A DNA stretch of 60,000 bases from Vicugna vicugna (Eukaryota): positions 2,294,909-2,354,908 of the forward strand of contig MU057560.1 in assembly GCA_013265495.1 (NCBI GenBank), given 5' to 3'. The notes below the pieces were generated by a model, which saw only the letters and a list, made by a program, of their open reading frames with translations, did no database searches and had not been told where the DNA came from. The position numbers and the translations under genes were made by a program. Of this stretch, positions 35,717-47,840 are shown one piece after another (the stretch's first letter is position 1; every line of letters begins with the position of its first letter).

Positions 35717-36994
35717 TAATTCTCTTTCAGCGGCGGTGTGGAATGCGGTGGCTGCAGCCTGGCCGGCATCAGGATGAGTCCCGTCTCTCAGAGCTTTGGC
35801 GCAGGGAGGCTGCAGTGGGAAGCCTCCCCGAGCGCTGCGTGACTTCCTCACTTTAGCCCTTCATTTGCTGGTTTTGGATTACTTTCTGGCTTCTGTTAAA
35901 AAGCGTTTTCGCCTCCCATTCAGTCACAGCACCAGAGGCAGGGGCTGTGGGTCCCCAGCTCCCTGTTCCTGTTGGAAGCAGCGTGGCTGCACCCGCCCAC
36001 ATTCAGTCATCATCTGACAAACCCCAGCTTACCGTCCGAGGGGCTTCCTGCATGAGAGTTTTCGGAGCCAAGCCTACTATTGGTAGGTCCTCAGGGAGGA
36101 TGTCTATTTAGCCGACAACTTAAAAGCAAACACTTAAAAATATGACAGTATTTCACCCTGAAAGAAACCCTCCACGGGCACATAAAGGAAAGATAGTTGA
36201 TTAAGCTTGTTATTTATAAAAGAAAAGAAAAGACGCCACCGTGGAAAGGGGGCAAAGTGAAGTTTTTGGATTTTTTTTTTCCCTCTAGAACGGATGGCTC
36301 TTTTTTCCGCCTCAATGGAGAACGTGAGCAGTTGTGAGGAAAACCACAGCAGGCTTGGAGTTTGAAGACATTAGTGCTCACCCCGTCTCCGGGTCATGTG
36401 GCTGGTGGCCCCATTGTGACGGGGGCGAGAGCGGAAGGGGCAGGTGTGGCCCTGGCTGTGCGCTGCCCGCATTCCGGTTCAGGAGGCACTCGGGCCGGGC
36501 AGCAGATGCTTAATTCAGGGACTGAGGTGTTTGAAAAATAGATGCTCAGGGATCCCATCTGGAAACAGACAGCTGCCAAGAGGAAGCAGGAAGACCTCGC
36601 TTCCTTCTGCTTTTCTCTCTTCCCCTTTGGATTACGGTGGCCAGCTTTGGTGTGTTTATTCTATTTTTGGAGCACAAGGAAGCAAGACTGATGGTTCTTT
36701 AAGGCCAAAAATAATGAAGTGTCAAATCTAGCAGTCAAAATACACCGAGTCCAGGATGTGGGGCGATGTCAGCATCTCTGAAACCTTTTGATCTGATGAT
36801 CGTCTGTGAGCGCTACCCCCCAACCTGGAGGACGTGGAGGGGCCTCAGCGCGCCCCGCAGCGTCTGCCAGATCCAGGGTGGCAGACTCGACTCTGCGAGC
36901 ATCCGCCCTCGTCCTTCCAGCAGCACAGCGTCCATGCACCTTACTCCGGCCCTCTCTGCCCAGTCTCTCCTCAGGCTGGCTGCCGTGGTCTCTG

Positions 36995-37452
36995 TGTCAC
37001 AGGGAAAAACAAACCAGATTCCCTGTTAGAGCAGTTCCCTTACCTCTAACCCCCTGCTCTGTTTCCTGTGCTGAGTCAGGCTGGGTCTGCACCTTTTTTA
37101 AAAGAATGTCGCCTGTAGCCTGAAATCTACAGGAGAGCCCCTTCTCAAGGCTCTGACCTTGAAGAGTGTGACACTTTTCCTTTCATGTAGAGATGAAAAT
37201 TTGCAGAATAGAAAATAACATTCGTCTTGTTGGAGGTTTAGAGGAACATTGTGACCTGCCCCAGGTGGACGGCTGCAAGAACAAAGGATTCCGACACCAA
37301 GAAGTTGCATCAACCAATCACACCCCCTCCCTTTTTTAGTATAAAAGGAGCCTGAATTCTGAGTTGGGGAAGTGATCTTCCAGGACAGTGGCCTGTCTCC
37401 CGACTTATTGGCCTGTCGTGCGGTGAGCAGAGCGAGTCTGGACTCGGGAGCG
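36995..37452 (+). mobile_element. ERV1-like solo LTR (family A, copy 2)
   Basis: TGTCAC...gggagCG with perfect 4-bp TSD tctg (36991-94, 37453-56). Homologous to 8135-8650 but lacks the segment carrying the polyA-like signal. Confidence 0.87.
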
Positions 37453-37499
37453 TCTGCACCAGCCCCACCACTGACACAGCTGTTGGGTTAATTGCCTTA

Positions 37500-37700
37500 A
37501 CAACGTGCCTCAGTGAGTCTTTTGCTCGGAAATCTTCACTGGCTCCTACCGTCCCTCGGTTAAGCAGAGCCTTCCTCCTCGGGCACGTCAGACCCTCCCC
37601 AGCAGGCCCTCGAGACCCATCTTCCTGCACCCCTTTGTCTGACTCATCTCTGGGTCCCCGACACTGACCCAGTGCCTGGCAGTGAACTGATGTTTATTGG
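37500..37700 (+). mobile_element. L2 3' relic
   Basis: tttgtctgactcatctctgggtcccc...cccagtgcctggcagt...tgtttattg. Confidence 0.45.
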
Positions 37701-40700
37701 GAAAAAAGAAAAGGGGTTCGGAAATACGCATGTGCGTGTCCCCCCATCAGGGACAGAGGGCGCCTCGCTTGCCCAAGCGTCGCTTCCGCTGGCCGATCGC
37801 TGTCACCAGCTCCCCGGAGGACCCTGACTCTGGAGTCTCTGCTGTTTGTGCGCCCCGACTCGCTGCTCTGGCTGGCGGCTCGGGGAACGGCGGGCGTGCT
37901 TGCTGCTTCCTGAGTGGGCTCCTTCCCTCCCGGCTCCGTGGTCCTGCTCACGTGTTCTCTGCCCTGTCTGAGCTGTAAGAGCCCAGTCCTCCTTCAAGCC
38001 ACCTTCCGCTCTGCTCTTTGTGCGATGTGTCAGCCCAAGATAAAGGGGACCAAGTCCATCCTTGTAGTTCCTGTGTCTGCGCTGGCATCTAGTCCAAGAT
38101 GTCACACTTACAGAGACTCCCATGGTCCTGGCACCCACGGCACCGCGTAGGCTAGAGGGCCACTGGGCATCACGCTTGGCTCATGGAAAGTGCTAGAAGT
38201 TGTCAGAGACGCCATCCAGCCCAGTTGCTTTAAGTCACACATGCCTGAGAGGGGAGGCTCTTTGTCCGAAGTCCCACAGCCCACTCTCCGGATGCCCAGT
38301 CCTGTGTTTGCTCTTAAAAGAGCGGGGAGTTTGGGTGATGGTGGTGGTTTCTGACATGGACCAGTGAAAGGTGATGTCCTTCAGAAAGCTTGTCAATATT
38401 ATCATCATCCCTGCAACCAGGGAGTCATAGGAGCACTCAGGTGTCCAGGAAAAAACTCAGGTCCCGGGTGTCGAGGAGCAGTTCTGCCTCCCAGCTGCCC
38501 ATCAGGGGACTCCCGGCAGATTAACTTTAATCCTAATGGTTTAGATGATAATAAGTATTTCAAAGTATGCTTCTTTGTATGCAAGGGAAGAAAGCGTTGC
38601 CTTTTATTTATAAATCTCGTAGGCTGTTAAGATGGAGAAATCCCCAAATATGTCTGTAAAAATGTCAATGAGCATCTTCCTAAAGGTGCAGAAGGATCGT
38701 GTGGCAGTGATGCACTCTAGTCAGCACCGCGCAGTTCGTTAAGGGACCAGCTCCAGGAGCAGCTGCGAGTTGGGGTCTCACACAGGGGTGGGCGTATGCC
38801 TTGCTGGGACCTCCTGCAGCTTTGGGGTAGAAGATGCGAGGGGTCAGTGGAAGGTGAAAAGCAAATGGCCAGACTTGGGGCCAGAACACAGGATGATCTC
38901 TGCAGGAGAATGAGATGCCCCAGAGCAGACGCAGGGTGGCGTCCAGTGTGGAGGGCACATGGTCCCCAGATCAGAGCACCCCAAACTCTGCCCTTTGGTG
39001 GAATACCAGAATCGACTGTGAGCTAAACAGAGCTCCTGTCCACGACAAAGAGTGGATGAGCGTCGCCCTGTTTGTCATTTCTGTTTCATCCTCCAGTTTC
39101 TCTGTTTTGATAGCAAAAAACTCACGGAAATAAAAATGCCCAGCGTAGTCATTCTCAGGGGCAGAGAAGACAGGGCGTTTAAACTATGTGCCAAGAGAGG
39201 CACAGTCCCTCGGTGTCACCTGCCGCGAGATCTACACCGGCTGCTCCTGGACCCGCATCCGAGTTCCAGCAGCCGTCTGTGGGGAGCGACGCCCTGGAGC
39301 ACGAGGTGAGCAGTAAGGGCGACACTGTCTCCCTTTAACCCCTTACTCCCAGCTGACACCTGTTTCCATCTGTTCTGAATCTCCCATCTTCCCTGGTCCA
39401 GGTGCCCTGCTGAAGCCGGGAAGCAGGGGTCCTCAAAGGGACCTTTGATCAGCCAGGCAGACTAATCAGATGTTTGCATCTGACCTCGGTACCCTCCTCT
39501 CTCTGGCCCCACATCCCCAAACCAACCACCATAAAGGGAGACAGCCCTTGTGGGGGAGAGGGACACAGAGGGGCGTGGCCCTGACAACCTTGCCCTTAAG
39601 CAGAAGGGGGCTTGGTCTTGTCTCGGGAAGGGGTGGAGCACGCAGGGCGCTCTCTGCCCCTGCAGCCGGGAGGAGCAGGTGCTCACCGCCCGTCCTCCGT
39701 GGCCAGGAGAGAGCCCCGAGGGGCCGAGCCCCTCCTGTGGGTGCGGAGCAGGGCTTCCTCCCACCAGGCCAAACTCCCCGGCAACGGAGGTCGGTTGAAC
39801 GTGAACTAGGCTTCGGGGAGGGTGTTACTTCTCTGGGCCTCATTTTCCCGATCAGTAGTTCTGGAGCACACGAGAAACGGAGGCCCTCCCCGCTTGCCCA
39901 GCGGGTCTCATGATCGGTGGTTCTGTCTGCACTGACTCAAGAGTTGGCTTCTGTGCTGGATCGGGAAGTCCTAGCCTGGCCGGCTGGGCCCAGCCAGCAA
40001 TTTCTCAGTGGCTCTGGAGTCTTCCACAAGTGTGCTGGAAGCGTCCAGGAGGAAGGCGTGAGATTCAGTTCAGAAGTCGACAAGTGGAGGGTGGTCTCCA
40101 AGGGTGCTGACTGTGACCTTACGTGGGTGAGGGGCCCGGGAACTCTCCCAGGGGGCAGACGCTGGCGTCGTTGGTTGCCTGGAGTGGCCCTAAAAGTCGT
40201 GGGGAGGTTCTTGGGTCTTAGCTGCGCTCTTCCCAAGGCAGTGGTCTCCACTTCCCAGGAGCCTGAACTGTGGATTTGAGCTCCGTGATCTTTCTACGGA
40301 CACCAGTAATTGGACGGCACTGCTACAAATGCCTTTACACTGGGCAGGCTGCACACCCAAGTCCAGACCCGCACCCCGGCCCCTTCACACGAGTTTGCTG
40401 GCGGGAGAAGCCCCTCTAACCAGCCTCATGGGAGGGGTGCAGGGGAGGCTGAGGGCTGGGTGTGGAGGGTGGGGAGGGTCTCTCGGCTCGGCCTGCAGAA
40501 CCGAGCGCGTTCCAGGCCAAGGGGACGTGGCAGCAGCTGCCGGGAGGGTGCAGTCTCTGGTGGGACCCCAGCACTGCCCGGCAGGGCACGGAGGCTGGGG
40601 TGATTCCTCTCCCCGAGGGCCTTTGGAAGTGAACGCGGAGTCACACGAAACGCACCTAATCCAGTTTCGTGGAACGAATCTGTTGTGCAGAGTGATGTTC

Positions 40701-41759
40701 CGCCGTGTTATTCTGTGTCTTGTGTTTTTCTCAGTCAGAGTGAGGTGTCACACTTGTCCAGGAAGTGCGGCCTTGAGGTCCTAGCGTCCCCGGGGAGGCC
40801 ACGCTGCGAAACAGTGAACTTTAAAATTGCTGCGCTTTCTAATCGTATGTTAAATCGGAAAGCATGTCATACCAGCTCCAAGCACAGAAAACTGGTGGCA
40901 GCTTGAAAAAATTCAAGAGAATTCATAGGACGAAAGCCTAAAATTAGAAACTTTCCGCTTATTATATTCTGCAGTGTTAATTAGCTAAAAACATCATCGT
41001 AAAATTTAAGATAATGTGCGATTCAGAAGCGGGATTTCAGCAGGCCTACCCTGGGACGCACCTGCTACGTTCCGGGAAGCCGCGAGGCGGTTCACTTCTT
41101 TGTAGCTGATCCTTCTGACACCTCTGAGGGGACACTTGATTCCTGCTGTCTCTGTGAGGAATCTGGGAGGCTCAATAGCCTGGAACCTGAAGTCAGAGGT
41201 GCAGCCAGAATTCAGACCCAGGGCTCCAACTCCACGTCTGCTGTCCTGTCTGCTGTGCTTCGGCCCAGCCCGGGCGCCGGGGGACAGCTTGGGAACCGTG
41301 CCCTGGTGCCCGGGGATGGCCGCGGCCCTCCTCCCGGCCCTCTTCCGCAGGTGCTGAGGACGCCCCGCGGCCGGGGTTCTTCGCAAACTTCAGCGGACTT
41401 GCCTTTGCGCTCTGGTGGTCACTCTGACCTCAGTGGTGAGGTGGCCTTGGGAGCTCCAGCGTGGCGAGGACGCGGGAAGGGACGCTGAGCCCAGCAGGTC
41501 CCAGCCTCAGTGTGACCAAGAGCCAGTGACAGGAGGCAGGGCGGGCGCTGCGCCCTCACCCTCCCTCTGGAGGCTCCGGATTCCTCCTCTGTGGATTCAT
41601 TCTGCCGCTGTGTTCACCGCTGACAGGGCTGAGCGCTGCAGACCTGAGGGGAGGCTGAGCGGGGCCTCTTCCTGAAGACGGAGGTGAAGAAATGCCAGTG
41701 GCTGAGTGTGGCTCAGAATGTGTCAATGTAAACATAACGGACTCTTTTCAAATGGTCAT

Positions 41760-42275
41760 TTCAAATCTCTTTGCCCCTAGACCCGCCTCCCCGCCCCTGC
41801 CCATGAGAGCATCCTTTATTGCTGCCGGAGGCATCCCCTGACCTGCAAACTTGCTGTGGCTCCTCCTTTGCTCACACCCTTCAGTGGCCCCCGCGGCCCC
41901 CGGGTGATGTGGGTATCAGCCCAGGGCTTCCTTCTCCAGCCTAATCTCTGGTACCTGGACCTCCTCTTCAGCCACACCCTGCCTGTCCTTTCTTCACGCT
42001 CTGGTCTCCGCGCTGGCTAACTCGCCCTCGAATTCGTCCTTCGAGACCCGGCTCAGGAGTCGCCTCCACCTAGAAGCCTGGCCTGACCCCAGGCTCTCCG
42101 GCGGTGTTTCCGGTGTTTTACATCCTGGCTTGTTTCCTGCTGGGTTATCCCCTCCCCCGTAGACGGTGCCGTCCTGGAGAGCCTGGCGGCTTCAGGCGTT
42201 TCATTGCATCTCTGGTGCTGGCAGGATCTTGACAGGTAGTCGGTACTCAAGGTACATCTGGTGAACAAAGTAGGT
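41760..42275 (+). mobile_element. L2 relic
   Basis: cccttcagtggccccc, ggctaactcgccctcg, cctccacctagaagcct and a 3' end gtagtcggtactcaag. Confidence 0.55.
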
Positions 42276-42499
42276 GATCTCTTTGTGACTTTAGATGAGA
42301 AAAAAGCTTTTGTTGAGAAGATACATTCATTGTAAAAGAATCCGTTGCAAGCATACATTGATTTCTCAGCAAAGGTTTAATGAACACGTTTTACGTGCTT
42401 ATCATGAAGCCGCAGAGGACACTGGGCAGGATTTGCTCTGTGCAAAAGCTTAGAGGGAACGGATGTTTTGAGGGCTTTTTAAAAACTCCTGTATCTGTG

Positions 42500-42595
42500 G
42501 CTTCTCTGTTGTCGCCACATCATGAGCACCCAGTAAACATTTGGATGAATGAAGTGAATGAACGAATGAGTGAATGTGAAGGAATGAATGAAGAG
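42500..42595 (+). mobile_element. L2 3' tail ((TGAA)n-like)
   Basis: cccagtaaacatttggatgaatgaagtgaatgaacgaatgagtgaatg. Confidence 0.6.
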
Positions 42596-42632
42596 CTCTA
42601 GAGCTTATAGTGGCTTTCACATACGTGGTCTT

Positions 42633-42770
42633 TTTAAAAAACTGAAGTAGAGTCAGTTTACAACGTTGTGTCAGTTTCTGGTGCACAGCATCATGTTTCA
42701 GTCAGACAGGTGCACACACACATTCCTTTTCATAGCCTCTTTCATTCAGGTTACTGTAAGATACTGAAGA
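42633..42770 (-). mobile_element. Very short camelid-type L1 3' end with 16-bp TSD
   Basis: tgaagtagagtcagtttacaacgttgtgtcagtttctggtgcacagc, same family as the L1 at 10295. TSD tcacatacgtggtctt (42617-32) / tcacatatgtggtctt (42771-86). Confidence 0.88.
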
Positions 42771-42799
42771 TCACATATGTGGTCTTACATTAAAATGCA

Positions 42800-42930
42800 C
42801 ATAAAACCCTGAAGAAATGGACACTGGTCATTCTCCCAATTTGAGGTGAGGACACTGAGACACAGAAATGCTCAGTGATCAGCCCCGGTTGTCAGACCAG
42901 AGCTCAGGGTGCAGAGCCAGCGGGACCAAA
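42800..42930 (-). mobile_element. MIR relic
   Basis: ttctcccaatttgaggtgaggacactgagacacagaaatgctcagtga. Confidence 0.6.
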
Positions 42931-42999
42931 TCCAACCAGGGTCTCCCCAGTCCTGTTCATGCTGACTGCTAGTCGGGAGGCTGTGAGCTCACGTATACC

Positions 43000-43740
43000 A
43001 TCCATGATTCACTCAGCAAACCCTTTGTAAGCCCTTCCAATCAGTAAGTTTAAGCTGATGGCTGAGACCTCAGAAGGGAGGGGAGGGGGCAGCGGTGGCA
43101 GCGGGGGCAGCCCCTGCAATGTGTGTTGCTCCCCCAGTCTGTCTGCATGTGCTGTCTGTGCAGGGACAGACAGCATTCCCGGGGAGCCTGTCTGCCTTAG
43201 GCAGGGTGTCACCGGGCAGGGGACAAAGAAGCCAGTGGGGATTAGCTTGGGATGTGGCCCAGCCGGGGCTCCTGTGGGAGCAGCTCTGGCACACCGGCCC
43301 TGGGTGAGGCTTGAGGACACAGAGAGAAACTCGCTTAGGCGAGTCCCGGCTTGGGGGACAGACAGCCGGGGTGTGGGCGGGGCTCTGGCGACCACAGGAA
43401 GAAGGCATCCGGCCGCCACGCTGGGTGTGTGCAGGGACACGTTCAGAGGGAAGGACTGGCTCGCCTGAATCCCAAAGGTGGCGTGAGGACGAGGAATGGG
43501 GACCCTCTGTAGGCGGGGGAGCAGCACGTGTGGAGCCAAAATGTTTTAGGAGCCTGGATGGCGGTTGACAAGGATGAGGCACGAGGCACGGAGGCTGGTG
43601 GAGACCTGGGGCCGGGCAGGAAGCCAGCGAGGAGGCCCTGGGAGCCGATCTGGGCTGGGGAGGCCATTGGCAGGGCTGGAGCTCAGGACTGACGTGGAGA
43701 TGCATCCACGGCGGCCTGGGCACATGCACCGCGGCCCAAG
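43000..43740 (-). mobile_element. L2 relic (antisense)
   Basis: attcactcagcaaac start, G/A-rich body, gggacacgttcagagggaaggactgg, ttttaggagcctgg...ggatgagg. Confidence 0.45.
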
Positions 43741-45599
43741 TCACGTGTGAAGTGATGGCCAGCTGCCCGCAGACCGGAAGCTCCTCTGCTTCCGCGTCGC
43801 CCTCCCTGGACTGGGGACCTGGCTTCGTCGCCCAGGGCCTTCGCCACCTCTCCTCCCGGGAGCTGCGCTGGTCCTGGTGGCCTCACTCTCGGGGGAGGAC
43901 GGGGCATCGGGAGGAACGCTCCTGCCCCTCGGCCTGGCCCCGGCCCCAGCTCACAACCCAGGGAGGCAGGCCCAGACTACAGCGGTGCCTCCTCACACCT
44001 GCGCTTTCTCCCTGCGCTCCTGCCGCCTCGGGTCCTGGTACCGGCCTTTCACTCTCCTCTGCGATTTTAGTGACCTCTTCGGACGACTCCAGGCTTTCTG
44101 AACTCAGCGCCCCGTCTGGCTCCTGAATCTATTTACTGCATAAATACCGAATGAAGGGGTGCCTTTGATCTTCCAGCCGCTGACAGCTCCTCGCAGCCTT
44201 GACCCTCCGGGGCCCTCTGGCCCCCCAACCCGAGGAGCAGGTGTTCCCCGAGCGGAGTCACATCCTGTTCTGTGGGGCTCGCGCAGACCTTGCCGTGGTG
44301 CTGGAGTGAACGCCACCCACCGGAGGTGTCATGGTGTCTTCGTCCTTCACGGGGGCACTTGGCAGCTGGCGCCCCTTTGAACCCGAGGGCGCGGCTCTGC
44401 TCGGAGCCGCCCTTGTCGCCATGGAGACAGAAGTCCTGATGCAGCTCCCACAGAGGCCGCCGGAAGTCTTACCTTCCTTTTCCCTCTCAGGGCTTCTCTT
44501 TTCATCACCACTTTCACAACCCAGCAAGTGGAAGACGCCAGCCCAGTGCCTCGAGCGTGAGTCCTCTTTAGCGGGGGAGCCACTGCCGCTGTCCCGCAGC
44601 GGGCAGAGGGCTGCAGTCACATGGCAGGTGCCGTAATGGCGCAGCACCCCAGGGAATAAATTACCCTTTTCAAAGGAGTCAGACTGGAAAACCAGTGTGA
44701 GGCCGGTGCTTTCACAGCCTGCTCCTCTGGGGTCGCAGCACGGAAGAGTGGCTCCCCTGCACGGAGTGAGGCCACAGGCAGGCACACATGCTGGCTGGGG
44801 ACGGCAAAGGCGCCTGTCCCGGGGTCCTCCCACTGCTGTGGCTTCAGAGTCCACGCCGAGCTTGGGGTGCGGTCCGGGCACCCCCCATTACATCCTATTC
44901 AGTGATGGAGAGAGGACTGGAAGGGCTGGACCGCCCGCACGACTGGGACTTCCTCTTTCACTTCCGCAGGATGGAGCACGTTTCCTTTGGCTCCGGGGCA
45001 CTTCGAGGCGTTGGGCTGAGTCGGGCGGTGGAGGTTCTGACCCCGCTCTGTTCCGACACCCCGAGTGAGCCCACGTAAGTCACCTGCCTTCTCTGAGGGC
45101 CCCTTTCCCACCAATGAAAGGAGCAACTTGGCCAAGTGCGTCCTCGGCCCCGCAGTTCTGGCTCTGGTGCTTCCTAAAGGGACGGGCTCAAGCTGGAGGC
45201 CGGAGGCAGACATCAGGCACGTGGGCTGACCACTGCTGTCACCGGCTTCGCTCAGCTTGCCCTGTTTGTGTTTAACGACTTCTGCCGGTGGGGCCGCAAA
45301 TGACGAATATTCATGACAGAAAACGAGAAAAAGAAGTCCAAAAGTAAGACTTAACAGTCTCTCGCTTCTACGCTGTAGAAATAGGTGTTTTGTGGAATTA
45401 AGTGCACGGTAATTGTTTGATGGGTGTGTGTGTTTGTGTGCGTTTTGCTTGTTTATGACCAAGTCAGCACCCTCCGTGCCTCCTGCCTGTAGCCCGCCTC
45501 TCCCGCGTCTCTGCACAGCGCGGACGTCCTGTCCGCCCCGCGTGAGGGGCCCCGCCCCGCAGCCCCTCCGCTGTGGTGGGACGGGCGCCTTCACCTGGA

Positions 45600-46800
45600 G
45601 GCGCCGCGTCGCCAGACCCTCCTCAGGCGTGCTTTCCTGTTTCCAGTGTTTTTCTGTTACGAACAACGCTGTGATGAAGACTCTTGGAGGTAAGTCTTCT
45701 TCTATGTTCATGATGATTTATTTTCTTAGCGTAAATTCTTAAAAGTGGAATGGCTGGATCAAACAGGAGCCTACCGCTCAGGGACCTGGGTTCCTCGCTG
45801 AGACGGTCCACTCGTCTCCATTTCCACGAGTGCAATTGAGTCTCCCCAACTTAATTGTTATTAGAGTAAGTTTAGCCCATTTTAGGATGGAAGTATTACA
45901 CTGTTGTTTGAGTGGCGTTCCTTTAGCTTTGATGTTGAACAGTCACGCCGGCATTTAAAGGCTATGGATTTCTTCTGACTACAGTCCGTACGTTTTCATC
46001 TGTAGCTTTATCACTAATTTCTAAGTTGTTTGCAACGGTAGTTTTGCTTGATTTCTTTAACTTAAAAATTATTTAGAATTTTTTTAATTTGCCTTTTTTT
46101 ATTGGCTTATTCATGAGTCCTTTCAGTGTTGTTGTGCTGAGGCGCAACCACAGGCTATGTGACACTCTGGGTTGCACCCCGCAGGAGACTACAGGGTCCT
46201 CCATCAAGTCTCGCTCCTGGCGGCGCCTCGCCCCCACTGCTGTTGATGTGCGCCCGCCGCCCCTGCGCTGCCCCTCGGCCCCGAGCCCGCTGACACGCAC
46301 CTGCTGCCCCCGCGTAGCCCCTTTGCCCCGAGCCGCGCTTCGTCTTGTCCCAGGTCTGTGTCTTTTGTGCTCATCTCTCCTTCGTGGTGGTTTTTTCACT
46401 CTACGCGTCTTTGTCCCACTTGGACTTTCTGGTTTTGTGTGTGTTTTCATGATCGTTTAGAGCTTTCCTTTTGCATTTTGATGTACACAGTGCGCTTGTA
46501 TCTTGGAAGGATAACCTATTTTCTCGGGGCACCTCCTTCAGGGATGTACGTCCGTTCCTCACTCAGGCGAGACTCTCAGCAGCCCTCCCATCAGGGGCAC
46601 CGTCATCTCAGATCCCGGCCGTTGGCAGCGTTATTGGTCAACATGTTATTAATCGGTGGCGCTATTGTTTCCATTACCTGTTGAATAACTGTGGGTCATT
46701 TTCAGCCAAAAGGCACCTTTTCATTGTTTCTGAGGGGATCACGACTTCGCCTTTGCTCTTGGCTGAAAGGCTGTTACGATTTTGTACGTTGACGCTGACT
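45600..46800 (-). mobile_element. L1ME-like fragments
   Basis: gtttccagtgtttttctgttacgaacaacgctgtgatgaa, ttcttagcgtaaattcttaaaagtggaatggctggatcaaa, ttttgatgtacacagtg. Confidence 0.6.
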
Positions 46801-46979
46801 GAGTTGGCGTGAGTCCTGGGCATGCACCCGGGCTGCTGTGGGGACCCTGCACACCGAGCATCCCCGGCGCCGTCCTGACTTCCCGGCGACTCCAGGCCTC
46901 CCACCGCTTAGGGCAAACCCAAGGCATCCGCCTTGTCGGCGCCCTCACTCCCGTCCGCTGCCCTTCAGCAAGTCCTGAA

Positions 46980-47840
46980 GGCTCCACCTTCAAATAGGCC
47001 CAGGGTCAGACTGCTGCTCGCCACCCTGGTCCAGCCGTCAGCGCCTCCCAGCTGGGTTACCGCCGTGGCCTCCCCGCGGTCCCCCTGCGGCCCTCGGACC
47101 TTCAGGACACAGACGGCCTGCTGCAGGCTAAGCGGGCCTGCCGCCTCCCACTCAAAACCGTTCAGAGGCCCCCAGCCCACCAGGCAGAAGCCCGCAGCCC
47201 TCACGTGGCCCCGGGGCCCACTGAGCGCCCTTTCTCCCTCCTCCCAGGGCCCCCAGCGCTTGCTGGCCGCACGCACGCTCACACGCGGGGTCTGGGGCGG
47301 CTCGTCTCTCCTGCCCCAGGTGCCCCTCCTCCAGCTATCTCCAAGGGTCCCTCCTCGGGAGGCCTTCGGTGGCCCTCTACCTGGAGGTGGGTCTCCCCCC
47401 AGAGCTCTCTGTTGCATTCCCACGTGCATACCTCCGCCACCTTCCCCCAGCCCATGTGCCTTAGCTGTTACTGTGTTATTATCTCGTTCTATTTGCTAGA
47501 CTGTGAGCTGCATAAGGACAGAGATCCTGCTCATCTTTTAAAACCACTGTATCCTTCTCTGTCTGACCCACTTCACTCAGTATGACAACCTCCAGGCCCA
47601 TCCATGTTACTGCAAATGGCATTATCTTATTCTTTTCCATGGCTGAGTAGTATTCCGTTGTGTATAAACATGCCACATCTTCTTTAGCTGGTCATCTGTT
47701 GACGGACACTTAAGTCGCCTCCATGTCTTGGCTAGTCAATAAAAACAAACAAACAAACAAAACCCTTCTGCGTCTTCAGCACTTGTAACAACACCTCGGA
47801 CGCATGAAGGGCCCTGGGGACGTTTCAGAAGGAATGGAAG
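46980..47840 (+). mobile_element. L2 relic interrupted by an L1 insertion
   Basis: ctcaaaaccgttcagaggcccc, ctagactgtgagctgcataaggacagaga. Resumes ttcagcacttgtaacaacacct...gaaggaatgg after the L1. Confidence 0.6.
47553..47760 (-). mobile_element. Short L1, antisense body plus sense tail (5'-inverted structure)
   Basis: ORF 47479..47676(-) gives YTTEYYSAMEKNKIMPFAVTWMGLEVVILSEVGQTEKD, the L1 ORF2 C-terminus. It is followed on the + strand by tcaataaaaacaaacaaacaaacaaaa. Confidence 0.85.

Noticed and set aside
34910..35851. Longest ORF (313 aa, minus strand)
   Set aside because: It crosses a MER104-like MITE, has no domain similarity, and has no supporting gene structure.
8135..37452. Possible single provirus bounded by the two family A LTRs
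   Set aside because: Each LTR has its own flanking duplication (ctcc/ctct vs tctg/tctg). There is no primer-binding site, and no gag/pol/env lies between them.
44899..45711. 270-aa minus-strand ORF
   Set aside because: The N-terminus (VFITALFVTEKHWKQ) is a decayed L1 ORF2 remnant. The rest is low-information GC-rich translation.
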